Source: Armatimonadota bacterium (GTDB lineage: Bacteria > Armatimonadota > UBA5829). Taken from it: a stretch of 64,000 bases of DNA. Below the pieces are notes generated by a model. The model worked only from the letters and a program-made list of their open reading frames with translations, searched no databases and had not been told where the DNA came from. Below, piece after piece: positions 18,880 through 29,358 of the stretch. The stretch's first letter is position 1; the number at the start of each line of letters is the position of its first letter. A program made the position numbers and the translations under genes. The stretch lies in NCBI GenBank assembly GCA_029907315.1, contig JARYME010000002.1:1581-65580 (forward strand), read 5' to 3'.

Positions 18880-20097
18880 ATGCCTAAGCTGGCGGCTTTG
18901 GGTGGTACGCCCGTTGCGGAAAACGGGATTCGTATCGAGTGGCCTGAGATTGGGCCCAAAGAGCGCGAAGCTGTTTTGGCCACTCTGGAACGCAGGGAGT
19001 GGTGCAGGCTTTGGTCGGCTGAGGACTCTGAGGCTTCAAAATTCGAGAGAGAATGGGCGCGCTATCACGACGCTCGCCACTGCGTGGCAGTGGCAAATGG
19101 CACAGTAGCGCTGATGTGCGCTTTTCGTGCTCTTGGGGTGTGGCATGGAGACGAGGTAATTGTGCCCTCGGTGACATTCGTAGCTACCGCCGATGCGGTT
19201 GGTCTGTGTGGGGCGATCCCTGTGTTCGTTGATGTTGATCCGGATACGTATCAGATAGATCCTGCGGCTGCAGAATCTGCAATCACCGACCGCACGAAAG
19301 CTATATGCGTCGTTCACTATGCTGGCTATCCGGCCGATCTTGATCGATTAAAGGAATTATCTGACCGCACTGGGCTGCCTGTGGTTGAGGACTGCGCGCA
19401 CGCTCACGGAACTGAATGGCGTGGACGCAAAGTTGGGGCGCACATAACATTAGGATGCTTCAGCTTTCAGCAGTCCAAAAGTCTTACGGCGGGTGAGGGT
19501 GGGGCGGTCATCACGGATTCCCAGGATCTTGCCGATCGTGTTTGGGCCATTCACAACGTCGGCCGCACTCGTGACGCAGCCCGTTATACACACTCTTCCC
19601 TCGGTGGCAATTTCAGGATGAGTGAGTGGGAGGCAACAATTCTCCGTTGCCAAATGGTCAGGTTGCAGGAGCAGACCGAACGTCGGATGAGAAGTGCCGA
19701 GTTAATAGCCGAAGGTTTGGCTCAGATAGACGGTTTGTCCTTGCTCAAACCCGATAGCCGCATTACACAGAGGGGGTTCTATTTCCTTATCATACGTTAT
19801 GATGCGACTAAGTGGGACGGCATCCACCGGGACGTTTTCCTAAGAGCGCTGCAAGCGGAAGGTATTCCCTGCGGGACCGCCTACGGTTGGCCGGTATATA
19901 AGAACCCAAGTTATGCCTCCGGTGGCGTGCCTCACAGGGTCATGGACTGTCCCAATGCTGAGCGGATTACGGCTGAAGAACAGATTGCCACATGGAATCA
20001 TCTTTTGCTTCACGTTCGCAACGCGATTCTATTGGTCGAGGCTTGCGCGAAAATCAGGGAGAATATCGACGAACTGCGCCGGCTTGCTCAGGGCTGA
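18880..20097 (+). CDS. DegT/DnrJ/EryC1/StrS family PLP-dependent aminotransferase
   Basis: Motifs VVEDCAHAHG and FSFQQSKSLTAGEGGAVIT. A GGAGGA RBS is present. Confidence 0.8.
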   Translation: MPKLAALGGTPVAENGIRIEWPEIGPKEREAVLATLERREWCRLWSAEDSEASKFEREWARYHDARHCVAVANGTVALMCAFRALGVWHGDEVIVPSVTFVATADAVGLCGAIPVFVDVDPDTYQIDPAAAESAITDRTKAICVVHYAGYPADLDRLKELSDRTGLPVVEDCAHAHGTEWRGRKVGAHITLGCFSFQQSKSLTAGEGGAVITDSQDLADRVWAIHNVGRTRDAARYTHSSLGGNFRMSEWEATILRCQMVRLQEQTERRMRSAELIAEGLAQIDGLSLLKPDSRITQRGFYFLIIRYDATKWDGIHRDVFLRALQAEGIPCGTAYGWPVYKNPSYASGGVPHRVMDCPNAERITAEEQIATWNHLLLHVRNAILLVEACAKIRENIDELRRLAQG

Positions 20098-20148
20098 GGC
20101 CGTTTCAACATCTTGGAAGGCTGCAAATTGATACCAATCTCCCGAAAA

Positions 20149-20157
20149 TAATGTATA
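20149..20157 (+). promoter_or_regulatory. extended -10 element (TGTATAAT)
   Basis: TGTATAAT lies about 50 nt upstream of the ATG of pseudopilin paralog 2. No good -35 is present. Confidence 0.3.
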
Positions 20158-20207
20158 ATGCAGTTGGCTGGTAATAGCCTTATCACCAGGTGGGAGGTGA
20201 ACTCCAA

Positions 20208-21026
20208 ATGAAAGGCGGTGGCAAGAACCGCGGTTTTACCCTCATCGAGTTGCTCGTGGTAATCGCGATAATCGCTGTGTTGGCGGGTATTCTTTTCCCG
20301 GTGTTCTTGCGTGCGCGCGAAACGGCTCGCCGCGGACAGTGTACCTCGAACCTAAAGCAAATAGGCTACGCTCTTTCGATGTATCGCGACGACTACGGCC
20401 GGATGCCGAGCATTTGGCATGCACAAGGAGGTGCGACGCTCGAACAGAATAACTTTTTCTTTGTAATCACGCGCTACATAGGCCAGAAAATCGAGCGGGA
20501 GAACAACGGGGCCGGAAACGCTTCGCGGTATACGGTCTACAAATGCCTGAGTGCGCCGTGGCTCAAACAGGATGTAACCCCTCGTTCTAACGAGAATAAC
20601 GGCCGCACTAATGTTGGCTTCGCCTACACGATGAATGAAACTGGTTGGCGGGTGACAAGCGGTCCGGTTATCCCGTGGGTCGGGTGCGGTTTGCGCGATT
20701 CGCAAGTCGCCATGCCTCACAAACTGATCTTCGTTGCCGAGGGCATGGGCTGGCAGTACTATGGTGTTGCTTATGGTGACGGCAAGATTATCGATAACGA
20801 AAATCCCACAGGTAACGACGGCTGGGTCAGTAATAATCCCCGCGCAGACGAAGACATTCCTCTATCTGATGGCCAGGTAGGCAGACACGGCGGCTCGCGA
20901 AGCAAAGTCTACAACATTCGCGTGAGCCACGGTGGAGGCGCGATGTGCCTTTTCTACGACGGCCACATCGAATGGCGAAACCGAACAAAAGGCATCAACT
21001 GGACTTCCAAACCCTGCTACTATTAG
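20208..21026 (+). CDS. prepilin-type N-terminal cleavage/methylation domain protein (pseudopilin-like, paralog 2)
   Basis: [33 protein letters not shown]; C-terminal [20 protein letters not shown] lies 8 nt upstream of the ATG at 20208. Confidence 0.8.
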   Translation: MKGGGKNRGFTLIELLVVIAIIAVLAGILFPVFLRARETARRGQCTSNLKQIGYALSMYRDDYGRMPSIWHAQGGATLEQNNFFFVITRYIGQKIERENNGAGNASRYTVYKCLSAPWLKQDVTPRSNENNGRTNVGFAYTMNETGWRVTSGPVIPWVGCGLRDSQVAMPHKLIFVAEGMGWQYYGVAYGDGKIIDNENPTGNDGWVSNNPRADEDIPLSDGQVGRHGGSRSKVYNIRVSHGGGAMCLFYDGHIEWRNRTKGINWTSKPCYY

Positions 21027-21195
21027 TCGTTTGACACAAAGCACCTGGCATTGTCGCTAGGGTTGGAAGCGGAGACCACTACGTGTAGTTGTTCGTCTCG
21101 GTTTCGGAGATCCACGCTTGGTCACGCCTGCGCTAATGTCGAATCTTACAACCGCCTCGGACACTGCTCCGAACACTGTTCCCTCCGATCTTCGT

Positions 21196-21224
21196 TTGAC
21201 ACGGTTTGCTCGAGCGACTAGAAT
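21196..21224 (+). promoter_or_regulatory. sigma70-like promoter (TTGACA-17-TAGAAT) for gap
   Basis: tcgTTTGACAcggtttgctcgagcgacTAGAATaaa. The same TCGTTTGACAC 11-mer also occurs at 21028..21038. Confidence 0.4.
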
Positions 21225-21255
21225 AAATAGGCGCTCGTCCGCAAGATCTGGGTAG

Positions 21256-22338
<1,083 letters not shown>

Positions 22339-22406
22339 CTGGCCTCTTCTTGAGTGGTTACGTGAAGTTCGTTCCGACGGCTTGATCTGCGCGGAGGGTT
22401 ACTTGG

Positions 22407-23642
22407 ATGAATAAGAAAACCGTTAGAGATATTGACGTGCGAGGCAAGCGAGTTCTCGTTCGCGTCGACTTCAACGTGCCGCTTGATGCTGAACGCAACA
22501 TAACGGATGACAGAAGAATAGTTGCAGCTTTGCCGACCATCAAGTACCTCATAGAGCAGGGCGCGAAGGTTATTCTGATGTCTCACCTTGGTCGGCCCAA
22601 GCATGACGACACGGGCAAAGCTGACGCCGAATCTGTGAAGAAGTACAACCTCGACCCGGTTGCGAAGCGTCTGTCAGAGCTTATTGGTAAGCCGGTAAAG
22701 AAGCTCGATGACTGCATCGGCGAGGAAGTCAAAAAGGCTGTTGAAGCCATGTCAGACGGGGACGTTGTCCTTCTCGAGAACGTCCGTTTCTACAAGGCTG
22801 AGGAAAAGAACGATCCGGAGTTCGCTCGGCAACTGGCATCGCTCGGCGAAGTATATGTGAACGATGCCTTCGGCACGGCTCACAGAGCGCATGCTTCAAC
22901 AGAGGGCGTTGCACACATATTGCCTGGGGTCGCCGGCTTCCTAATGGAAAAGGAGCTGGATTACCTTGGGAAGGCTCTCGAAAACCCTGACAGGCCGTTT
23001 GTTGCGGTACTAGGCGGCGTCAAGGTTTCCGATAAGATCAAGGTGATCGACAACCTGTTGAACAAGGTAGATGCCCTGCTTATCGGGGGCGCTATGACGT
23101 ATACCTTCCTGAAGGCTCAGGGTTATAGTGTCGGCAATTCCATGGTGGATGTAGACGGACTAGCTTTGGCCAACCAAGCGCTTCAGAAAGCAAAGGAGCG
23201 CGGTGTTGAGCTGATGCTGCCGATCGACACAGTGGCAGTCGAACTTCCTGCTGACTTCGACATTCCGTCGGGTGTGCCGGCGGATGTGAATATCCAGATC
23301 GTTCCGTCCACTGCAATACCTGATGGCTATCGCGGACTCGATATAGGTCCTGAGACGGTAAAGCAGTACGGTGAAAAGATTAAGTCAGCTCGAACAGTGG
23401 TTTGGAACGGCCCAATGGGAGTGTTCGAGGATCCCAGATTTGCCAAGGGCACTTTGGGTATAGCCCAGGCTATGGCAGAATGCCAGGGAACCACTATTGT
23501 CGGCGGTGGAGATTCTGCTGCTGCTGTCGAACAACTTGGATACGCCGACAAAATAGACCACGTGTCAACTGGAGGCGGTGCTTCGCTGGAGTTTCTGGAG
23601 GGTAAGGAACTGCCGGGTGTAGCCATACTCCAGGACAAGTAG
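22407..23642 (+). CDS. pgk: phosphoglycerate kinase
   Basis: [19 protein letters not shown] and GGGASLE motifs. Confidence 0.9.
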   Translation: MNKKTVRDIDVRGKRVLVRVDFNVPLDAERNITDDRRIVAALPTIKYLIEQGAKVILMSHLGRPKHDDTGKADAESVKKYNLDPVAKRLSELIGKPVKKLDDCIGEEVKKAVEAMSDGDVVLLENVRFYKAEEKNDPEFARQLASLGEVYVNDAFGTAHRAHASTEGVAHILPGVAGFLMEKELDYLGKALENPDRPFVAVLGGVKVSDKIKVIDNLLNKVDALLIGGAMTYTFLKAQGYSVGNSMVDVDGLALANQALQKAKERGVELMLPIDTVAVELPADFDIPSGVPADVNIQIVPSTAIPDGYRGLDIGPETVKQYGEKIKSARTVVWNGPMGVFEDPRFAKGTLGIAQAMAECQGTTIVGGGDSAAAVEQLGYADKIDHVSTGGGASLEFLEGKELPGVAILQDK

Positions 23643-23657
23643 ATCGCAGAATGCCGA

Positions 23658-23692
23658 GGGCAGCCCGTTGTCTGATGGGCTGCCCGTTTTTT
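23658..23692 (+). terminator. rho-independent terminator after pgk
   Basis: GGGCAGCCC-gttgtctgat-GGGCTGCCC followed by GTTTTTT. Confidence 0.6.
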
Positions 23693-23745
23693 CAGATCAT
23701 TTCGTTCTCTTATAAAAATGCGAGAGGTGGTTATCTGGAGCAGCC

Positions 23746-24546
23746 ATGCAAAGACGACCGTTTATTGCTGGGAACTGGAAAATGAATAATACGGTGAGCC
23801 AGTCGCTCGCGTTGATAGACGAGTTGAAGCCGCTTGTCGCCGACGTGGACGCAGTTGACATTGCCGTATGTCCGACATTTGTATCGCTTGCGGCTGTTGG
23901 GGAACGGCTTAAAGGTTCCAACATCACCTTGGGTGCTCAATGTTGTTTCTGGAAATCTTCAGGTGCTTGGACAAGCCAGATCGCACCCGAGATGTTGGTA
24001 GATGTCGGTTGCAAATGGGTCATAATAGGACATTCCGAAACTCGGGGGCGGTTCGGTACCGTAGACGACGAGTTGGCCAGAGTACTCTCGTACTTCGGTG
24101 AAAACGACGAAACTGTTAACTTGAAGGCCAAAGCAGCATTTGCTGCTGGACTAACTCCTATCATCGCTTGTGGCGAGCTGCTGTCTGAACGAGAAGATGG
24201 CAAGACAGACGAAGTCATCAAGAGGCAGATTAACACCGACATAGCCGGTTTCACGAAGGAGCAAGCCTCGCGTATGGTTATTGCATACGAGCCTGTTTGG
24301 GCAATCGGCACGGGGCAAGTATGCGATGCCGTTGAGGCTGACCGGGTGTGCGGTCTCATCAGGCAAATTGTAGCCGATATGTATGGGAGTGACGTCGCTG
24401 AGTCGGTCCGTATCCAGTATGGGGGCAGCGTCAAACCCGACAATGCTCAGGAGCTTTTGCACAAGCCTAACATAGACGGTGCACTTGTTGGCGGAGCTTC
24501 ACTGAAAGCTGCAGATTTTGCCGCCATTGTAAGAGCCGCTCTGTAG
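23746..24546 (+). CDS. tpiA: triosephosphate isomerase
   Basis: RRPFIAGNWKMN, IIGHSE and AYEPVWAIGTG motifs. Confidence 0.9.
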   Translation: MQRRPFIAGNWKMNNTVSQSLALIDELKPLVADVDAVDIAVCPTFVSLAAVGERLKGSNITLGAQCCFWKSSGAWTSQIAPEMLVDVGCKWVIIGHSETRGRFGTVDDELARVLSYFGENDETVNLKAKAAFAAGLTPIIACGELLSEREDGKTDEVIKRQINTDIAGFTKEQASRMVIAYEPVWAIGTGQVCDAVEADRVCGLIRQIVADMYGSDVAESVRIQYGGSVKPDNAQELLHKPNIDGALVGGASLKAADFAAIVRAAL

Positions 24547-24571
24547 TTAGCTATTGCTGCGCAAAGCGGTG

Positions 24572-24612
24572 CGTGTCCCCTGTCTTCACCTGTGTGCTGG
24601 ACAGGGGACACG
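24572..24612 (+). terminator. 13-bp perfect hairpin after tpiA (terminator/attenuator-like)
   Basis: CGTGTCCCCTGTC-15 nt loop-GACAGGGGACACG. The downstream sequence is not U-rich (GGGATTT). Confidence 0.4.
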
Positions 24613-24670
24613 GGATTTAATTAAGCATTTTCGGGCTGCTGTTTGCCGCAGAAGGCGAAGCAGGCATCGC

Positions 24671-25477
24671 ATGATTTACATCGGTACGTCTGGCTTCAGC
24701 TACGACGATTGGAAGGGTCACTTCTACCCTGCAGATCTTCCAAAGAAAGATATGCTCGCCTACTACTCCTCGCGGTTCAATTGCGTCGAGATTAATTCTA
24801 CATTTTATGTGATACCATCGCCGCGAACCTTTGTCAGTCTGGATCGTAGAACCCCAAGAGACTTTCACTTCACGGTTAAAGCACACAAGGATATGACCCA
24901 CGCCGAAGCGGTTGATCGTACTATCTTTGAGAACTTTCTCCAGGCAGTTCAGCCGGTCCGCGAATCCGGAAAGCTTGGGTGTGTGCTTGCTCAGTTTCCG
25001 TGGTCGTTTCGCCGAAGCGTCGAGAATATCGACAAGCTCAAATCATTCAGGGACATGCTTGCGGATGTGCCTGTAGTGGTCGAGTTTCGCAACTCTGAGT
25101 GGATCAAGGAAGACACTTTTGATTTGTTGAGAGAGCTTGACCTGGGTTTCTGTGCCGTAGACGAACCGAAGTTGAAAGGTTTGTTGCCTCCTGTGGCTGA
25201 GGCAACTTCTGCGATAGGCTATGTTCGCTTCCATGGCCGGAATGCGGCTAGATGGTGGCAGCATGAGGAATCTCACGAACGTTACGACTATCTCTACACG
25301 GAAGACGAACTCCGGGAGTGGGTTCCGAGAATCCAGCTGATCGCTTCCAAGACGGAGCGAACATACGTGTTCTTCAACAACCATTTTCAGGGTAAGTCCG
25401 TACGCAACGCGCAGATGCTGGCGAGGATGCTGAATCTTTCGCTGCCGCTTGATTCAGACCTGCTGGAATCTAGCTGA
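24671..25477 (+). CDS. DUF72 (UPF0759) family protein
   Basis: MIYIGTSGFSYDDWKGHFYP is the DUF72 signature. Start moved to the ATG at 24671. The annotated 5' extension contains the hairpin above. Confidence 0.75.
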   Translation: MIYIGTSGFSYDDWKGHFYPADLPKKDMLAYYSSRFNCVEINSTFYVIPSPRTFVSLDRRTPRDFHFTVKAHKDMTHAEAVDRTIFENFLQAVQPVRESGKLGCVLAQFPWSFRRSVENIDKLKSFRDMLADVPVVVEFRNSEWIKEDTFDLLRELDLGFCAVDEPKLKGLLPPVAEATSAIGYVRFHGRNAARWWQHEESHERYDYLYTEDELREWVPRIQLIASKTERTYVFFNNHFQGKSVRNAQMLARMLNLSLPLDSDLLESS

Positions 25478-25692
25478 GCCTCCTGTTGGATAAAGGGCCG
25501 AATATAAGGGTTGGTAATCAAATTTGCCGCGTGAGACTCCGATCCTGCTCATAACGTACGATCAGCGGGAAATGTCTTACAGATAGTATCCGTTTCGGAT
25601 CCGATAGGTCAATCTGAAGCTGCACAAACGTCGTGACGCTGACCTCATAGGATTCTTTTCTCGTACAACCGACAAGCAAGGAGGGCAAAGAA

Positions 25693-26637
25693 TTGACACG
25701 CAATGGTTTCTGTGTTTTGGGTGCAGCGGTTGCTTTACTGTTGACAACGGCAGCCGCTGTGGTAGCAGGGGAGACCAAGACAGACGCTGGTGGTGTCGAC
25801 GTAAAGACTGCGGTCGCCACTGAAAACTCTACTGTGTCTCTCGATGTTAAGGACAGTGATGTCAGACAGGTGTTCGAGTCGTTGGCGAAGCAGTCGAAGG
25901 CGAAGATCGTTCTGGAAAGTACGGTAAGAGGATCGGTAAGTTCGATTTCTGTGAACAATGTGTCCCTGGAATCCGCTCTCTCCGCAGTGTGCAAGTCTGC
26001 AAAGCTTCAATGGCGCAAAATTCTCATTTCTGAGAATTCCAAACTGCTCGAGCAGCCTGATCGCTTCGCCGCGACGGTGAGGTTGATGTCTGGTCTGGGA
26101 TTTCCCGATCTCATCATTGCAGCTTCGTCGACGGGACGTGTACAGGTGCACTTAGAGGAGGAGAAGTCCGTTCGCAGTGTTGGCAGTCTATCGAATTCGT
26201 TGGGCATGAAAGAGGTGTACCTCATAACCAACGACCAAGCAGTTGCCGCGAAAGCTGTTGCACAAGAGAAGGCGGATTCAGCAGCCAAGCCAGCGAAGTT
26301 TATACAGTTCTCCAAAGACCAGATGGATCTATTTATGCAGATGACGCCTGAGGAAAGAGAACAAGCGCTTATCTCGAGTCTGAATATGATGGATCAGATT
26401 GGTCCTGAGTACATGGCAGCAGTTATGGAGTCGCTTGCAAATGTAGATCCGACGTACGTGCGTGCTCTCGTCAGCAAACAAACGCAAATGATGTTCAGGC
26501 TTTCTCCAGAGCAGCGGCGAGCTATGATGAAGTTCAATATGGAAGTGATGAAAGAGCTTACACCGGAACAAATGAAGATCTTGCAAGAGGATGCTCTTGC
26601 GGTAATGCAAGAAATGCAAAGCGATGCTGGCAAATAG
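25693..26637 (+). CDS. secreted protein with C-terminal LTXXQ-like (Spy/CpxP-like) repeats
   Basis: Signal peptide present. Three C-terminal repeats (MTPEEREQAL, LSPEQRRAMMK, LTPEQMKILQE) resemble the LTXXQ motif family. Confidence 0.4.
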   Translation: MTRNGFCVLGAAVALLLTTAAAVVAGETKTDAGGVDVKTAVATENSTVSLDVKDSDVRQVFESLAKQSKAKIVLESTVRGSVSSISVNNVSLESALSAVCKSAKLQWRKILISENSKLLEQPDRFAATVRLMSGLGFPDLIIAASSTGRVQVHLEEEKSVRSVGSLSNSLGMKEVYLITNDQAVAAKAVAQEKADSAAKPAKFIQFSKDQMDLFMQMTPEEREQALISSLNMMDQIGPEYMAAVMESLANVDPTYVRALVSKQTQMMFRLSPEQRRAMMKFNMEVMKELTPEQMKILQEDALAVMQEMQSDAGK

Positions 26638-26796
26638 GTATGTCGGCGGGGCAGGTGTGTAAGCTCTGCGCTTAGCGAGCACGGCTCCTGACATGCTTTG
26701 ACGTGTCTGCGTCTCGCGTGGTTGGCGGATTGTTGTCAGGAGTGTTTCCGGCCCACGGACACAGCTGAACGTGCGAAGGAGCTTCCGATATTTACT

Positions 26797-26820
26797 GCGC
26801 CAGGCCAAACGGCCTGGCGC
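26797..26820. terminator. 10-bp perfect hairpin between convergent genes (possible bidirectional terminator)
   Basis: GCGCCAGGCC-aaac-GGCCTGGCGC. Flanks are only weakly U-rich. Confidence 0.35.
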
Positions 26821-26857
26821 AGTATTCGTAAAGATCCTACGTCATGTCGGCTGGGGA

Positions 26858-28051
26858 TTATTTCTTCTTCGGCTGATATTGCGGCTCATTGGGTCTGGGC
26901 AGTCGCTCTTCGACTGGCGGAAGCGGCGGGCCGCCCCTTTTCGGCTTCGAAAGATAGTAATATGCGGTGCTCGAATAATCGTTTGATAGTTTGTTCGCGT
27001 GACCATGTTCGATGGTCACGCGAATGCTCTTTCGAAATCTTATTGGATCTTCGATGTGGTAGCGGTAAACCGTGTTCTTACCTTTCCACCGCCACTCGTC
27101 GTTGCCTGAGTAGAGTATTACACCGTGGTAAGGGGCATTGTATTCCTGGGTCGGACAATAGGCGCAGTGGAACCAGTCTTCCGTGCCGGTTCCATGCAGA
27201 CTTGGCGGCCACTCCTCGCCGTCGATGAATATCATATCGTCGCCTTCGCCGTACCAGTCGTTGGGATTTCTTTGGAAGCAGTCAATGTCCAGGTGGGCGC
27301 CACAGTATATGCCGTCACCTTCGACCTCGCAGATAACATAGTTGTGCTCGCCGGAAGTGTTGAAAAACCTAGGATCCTCTTGTATTGAGCGATCGGCATA
27401 ACTCTTTCCCTCTTCGAACGCCCAACCTTTCGTATCCGCCTCTCTCCTCCATTGAACATGGAAATACGCCAGGTCCTTCACGGCCTCTACAGACGGATAC
27501 AACTCGTAGTCGATGTAGAAATAGTGGGCGTAGTCTTCCGGTCCTTGGTTTTCTACTTCTATGATTGCTCTTTCCTTGAATGGCATAGGCCACCAGCTGT
27601 TAAACCCCTTCCCATTTTGCGGGCTCATTTGCAGGGGAAGCGTTATGAAGTTCTTGCGCATGCCGTGGCCCAAACCAAAGAAATCTCCAATAGGGCATTC
27701 GACACTCGGCTCAGGACAATTGTCCCAATACATCCGAAGGACGATACGTCGACAATAATCTTCGCTTTTGATGCCGAGGGTCATCCAGATGTGCTTAATA
27801 CAGCCCGGACCTTGGATATCGGCAAGCACCCTCTTCTCACCTGGTTGTATGCGCCATGCGTCGGCATTACCTCCTCTTGTGTCATAGCTCGATATGCGCT
27901 TACTGACGTAATCCCTTAGCTTGGGCAGAGATGCCAAACTGGTTTGGCCGATCACTTCTTCTGTTACCTCCTTGCGAAATTGTTTAACACTGTAATTCCC
28001 GGCAAAGCGGTTCAAAGTTTCATTATGCGGATGTGGTGGTACATCCTCCAA
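26858..28051 (-). CDS. DUF2961 (GH172-like) family protein
   Basis: The SSYDTRGGNADAWRI motif is characteristic of DUF2961/GH172. Size is 397 aa. Confidence 0.65.
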   Translation of the reverse strand: MEDVPPHPHNETLNRFAGNYSVKQFRKEVTEEVIGQTSLASLPKLRDYVSKRISSYDTRGGNADAWRIQPGEKRVLADIQGPGCIKHIWMTLGIKSEDYCRRIVLRMYWDNCPEPSVECPIGDFFGLGHGMRKNFITLPLQMSPQNGKGFNSWWPMPFKERAIIEVENQGPEDYAHYFYIDYELYPSVEAVKDLAYFHVQWRREADTKGWAFEEGKSYADRSIQEDPRFFNTSGEHNYVICEVEGDGIYCGAHLDIDCFQRNPNDWYGEGDDMIFIDGEEWPPSLHGTGTEDWFHCAYCPTQEYNAPYHGVILYSGNDEWRWKGKNTVYRYHIEDPIRFRKSIRVTIEHGHANKLSNDYSSTAYYYLSKPKRGGPPLPPVEERLPRPNEPQYQPKKK

Positions 28052-28111
28052 AGACGCTATTGACAGTGAGCTTGAAAACCGTCTAAACTGCAGCGTGTTG
28101 GCTTAGCAGCG

Positions 28112-28687
28112 ATGGACAAACTCAGTCGCGATTTCTACTTGGCGGACACGATCGAAGTAGCCGTCAAGCTTCTAGGCAAGATTCTCGTACACCGAATCGA
28201 CCAGTGTGAGATCTCCGGACGAATTGTTGAAACTGAGGCATATCTGCGGGATGATCCTGCCTGCCACGCTAGTAGAGGAATGACCGCGCGAAATGCGGCC
28301 ATGTTTGGAGAGCCAGGGCACGCCTATGTGTATGCAACTTACGGTAACCACTACTGTCTGAACGTGGTTACACAGCCGGTTGGTGTGCCTGAAGCGGTTC
28401 TTATAAGGGCGGTAATTCCTTTGAGCGGTGTAGAAATCATGCAGGCAAAGAGGAATAGGACGCGCTTGCAAGATCTCTGCAGTGGTCCGGCGAAGTTAAC
28501 TCAAGCTATGGGTATCACCCTTGAACTCAACGGGATAGACTTGTTGGGAGACCGATTGTTTATCGCCGATGATGGAACGGATGTCGGTCCTGTGGTTTCG
28601 AGACCTCGCATAGGCATTCGTGTTGCTACAGAGAAGCTGTGGCGGTTCTATCCGGTTAAGTTTGCTCAGTGGGTCTCGAAGCGGTAG
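28112..28687 (+). CDS. mpg: DNA-3-methyladenine glycosylase (Mpg/AAG family)
   Basis: GRIVETEAYLRDDPACHASRGMTARNAAMFGEPGHAYVY motif block. Confidence 0.8.
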   Translation: MDKLSRDFYLADTIEVAVKLLGKILVHRIDQCEISGRIVETEAYLRDDPACHASRGMTARNAAMFGEPGHAYVYATYGNHYCLNVVTQPVGVPEAVLIRAVIPLSGVEIMQAKRNRTRLQDLCSGPAKLTQAMGITLELNGIDLLGDRLFIADDGTDVGPVVSRPRIGIRVATEKLWRFYPVKFAQWVSKR

Positions 28688-28750
28688 ATTGGATTTGGAT
28701 ACCTGAAACTCTGCGATTTACTATCTGACCACATGTGAGGACCTGGTGCT

Positions 28751-29122
28751 ATGGATGATTTCCTGGACAGTCTCAAATACGACGGCAACGGCTTGGTTGC
28801 GGCAGTTATACAAGACTATCGGAACGGCGAAGTTTTAATGGTTGGATGGATGAACCGGGAGGCCGTCAGAAGAACCCTAACTTCAGGAAGAACCTGCTTT
28901 TGGAGTAGGTCGAGACAACAATACTGGGTCAAAGGCGAGAGCTCCGGCAACATTCAGCAGGTAAAAGCGGTCTACGTCGACTGCGACAAAGACGCCCTCT
29001 TGATAAAGGTAGACCAGACCGGGGCGGCTTGTCACGAAGGATATCGTAGCTGTTTCTTCCGCGAGGTCGACTCAGAGGGCCACGAAACAGTAGTGGGGGA
29101 AAAGCTGACAGACTCCTACTAG
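28751..29122 (+). CDS. hisI: phosphoribosyl-AMP cyclohydrolase
   Basis: GLVAAVIQD...VLMVGWMN...CDKDALLIKVDQTG..CHEGYRSCF. No hisE fusion or other his genes are nearby. Confidence 0.85.
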   Translation: MDDFLDSLKYDGNGLVAAVIQDYRNGEVLMVGWMNREAVRRTLTSGRTCFWSRSRQQYWVKGESSGNIQQVKAVYVDCDKDALLIKVDQTGAACHEGYRSCFFREVDSEGHETVVGEKLTDSY

Positions 29123-29358
29123 GCATCGTCAAGCCTCAGGAGTTTACTGCTTGAAGTCTTGCTGCGAGGCGCGCGCAATTGGGAGCACGTCTGGTGAGGC
29201 AAAAGAACCGCGCGTAATCGATCGGAGCTTTTGCGGCGCAACTAACCTTATGGGGTGGGGGTATCTTCTAGTATTCGGCTTCCTCAAAGGGAACCTTTGC
29301 GATATAATTCTCGTTAATACCGTAAAAACCCAAAGAAGCGAGTCAAGGCGAGGTAGAA

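Noticed and set aside
24554-24670. 5' extension of the DUF72 ORF
   Set aside because: It contains a 13-bp perfect hairpin and a Cys/Arg-rich non-conserved peptide. The DUF72 signature starts at the ATG at 24671.
29290-29345. TATAAT...ACCGTAAAAA fragments reminiscent of a purine riboswitch upstream of guaB
   Set aside because: There is no P2 stem or the other conserved aptamer elements, and the region is too short. More likely it is just a -10 box.
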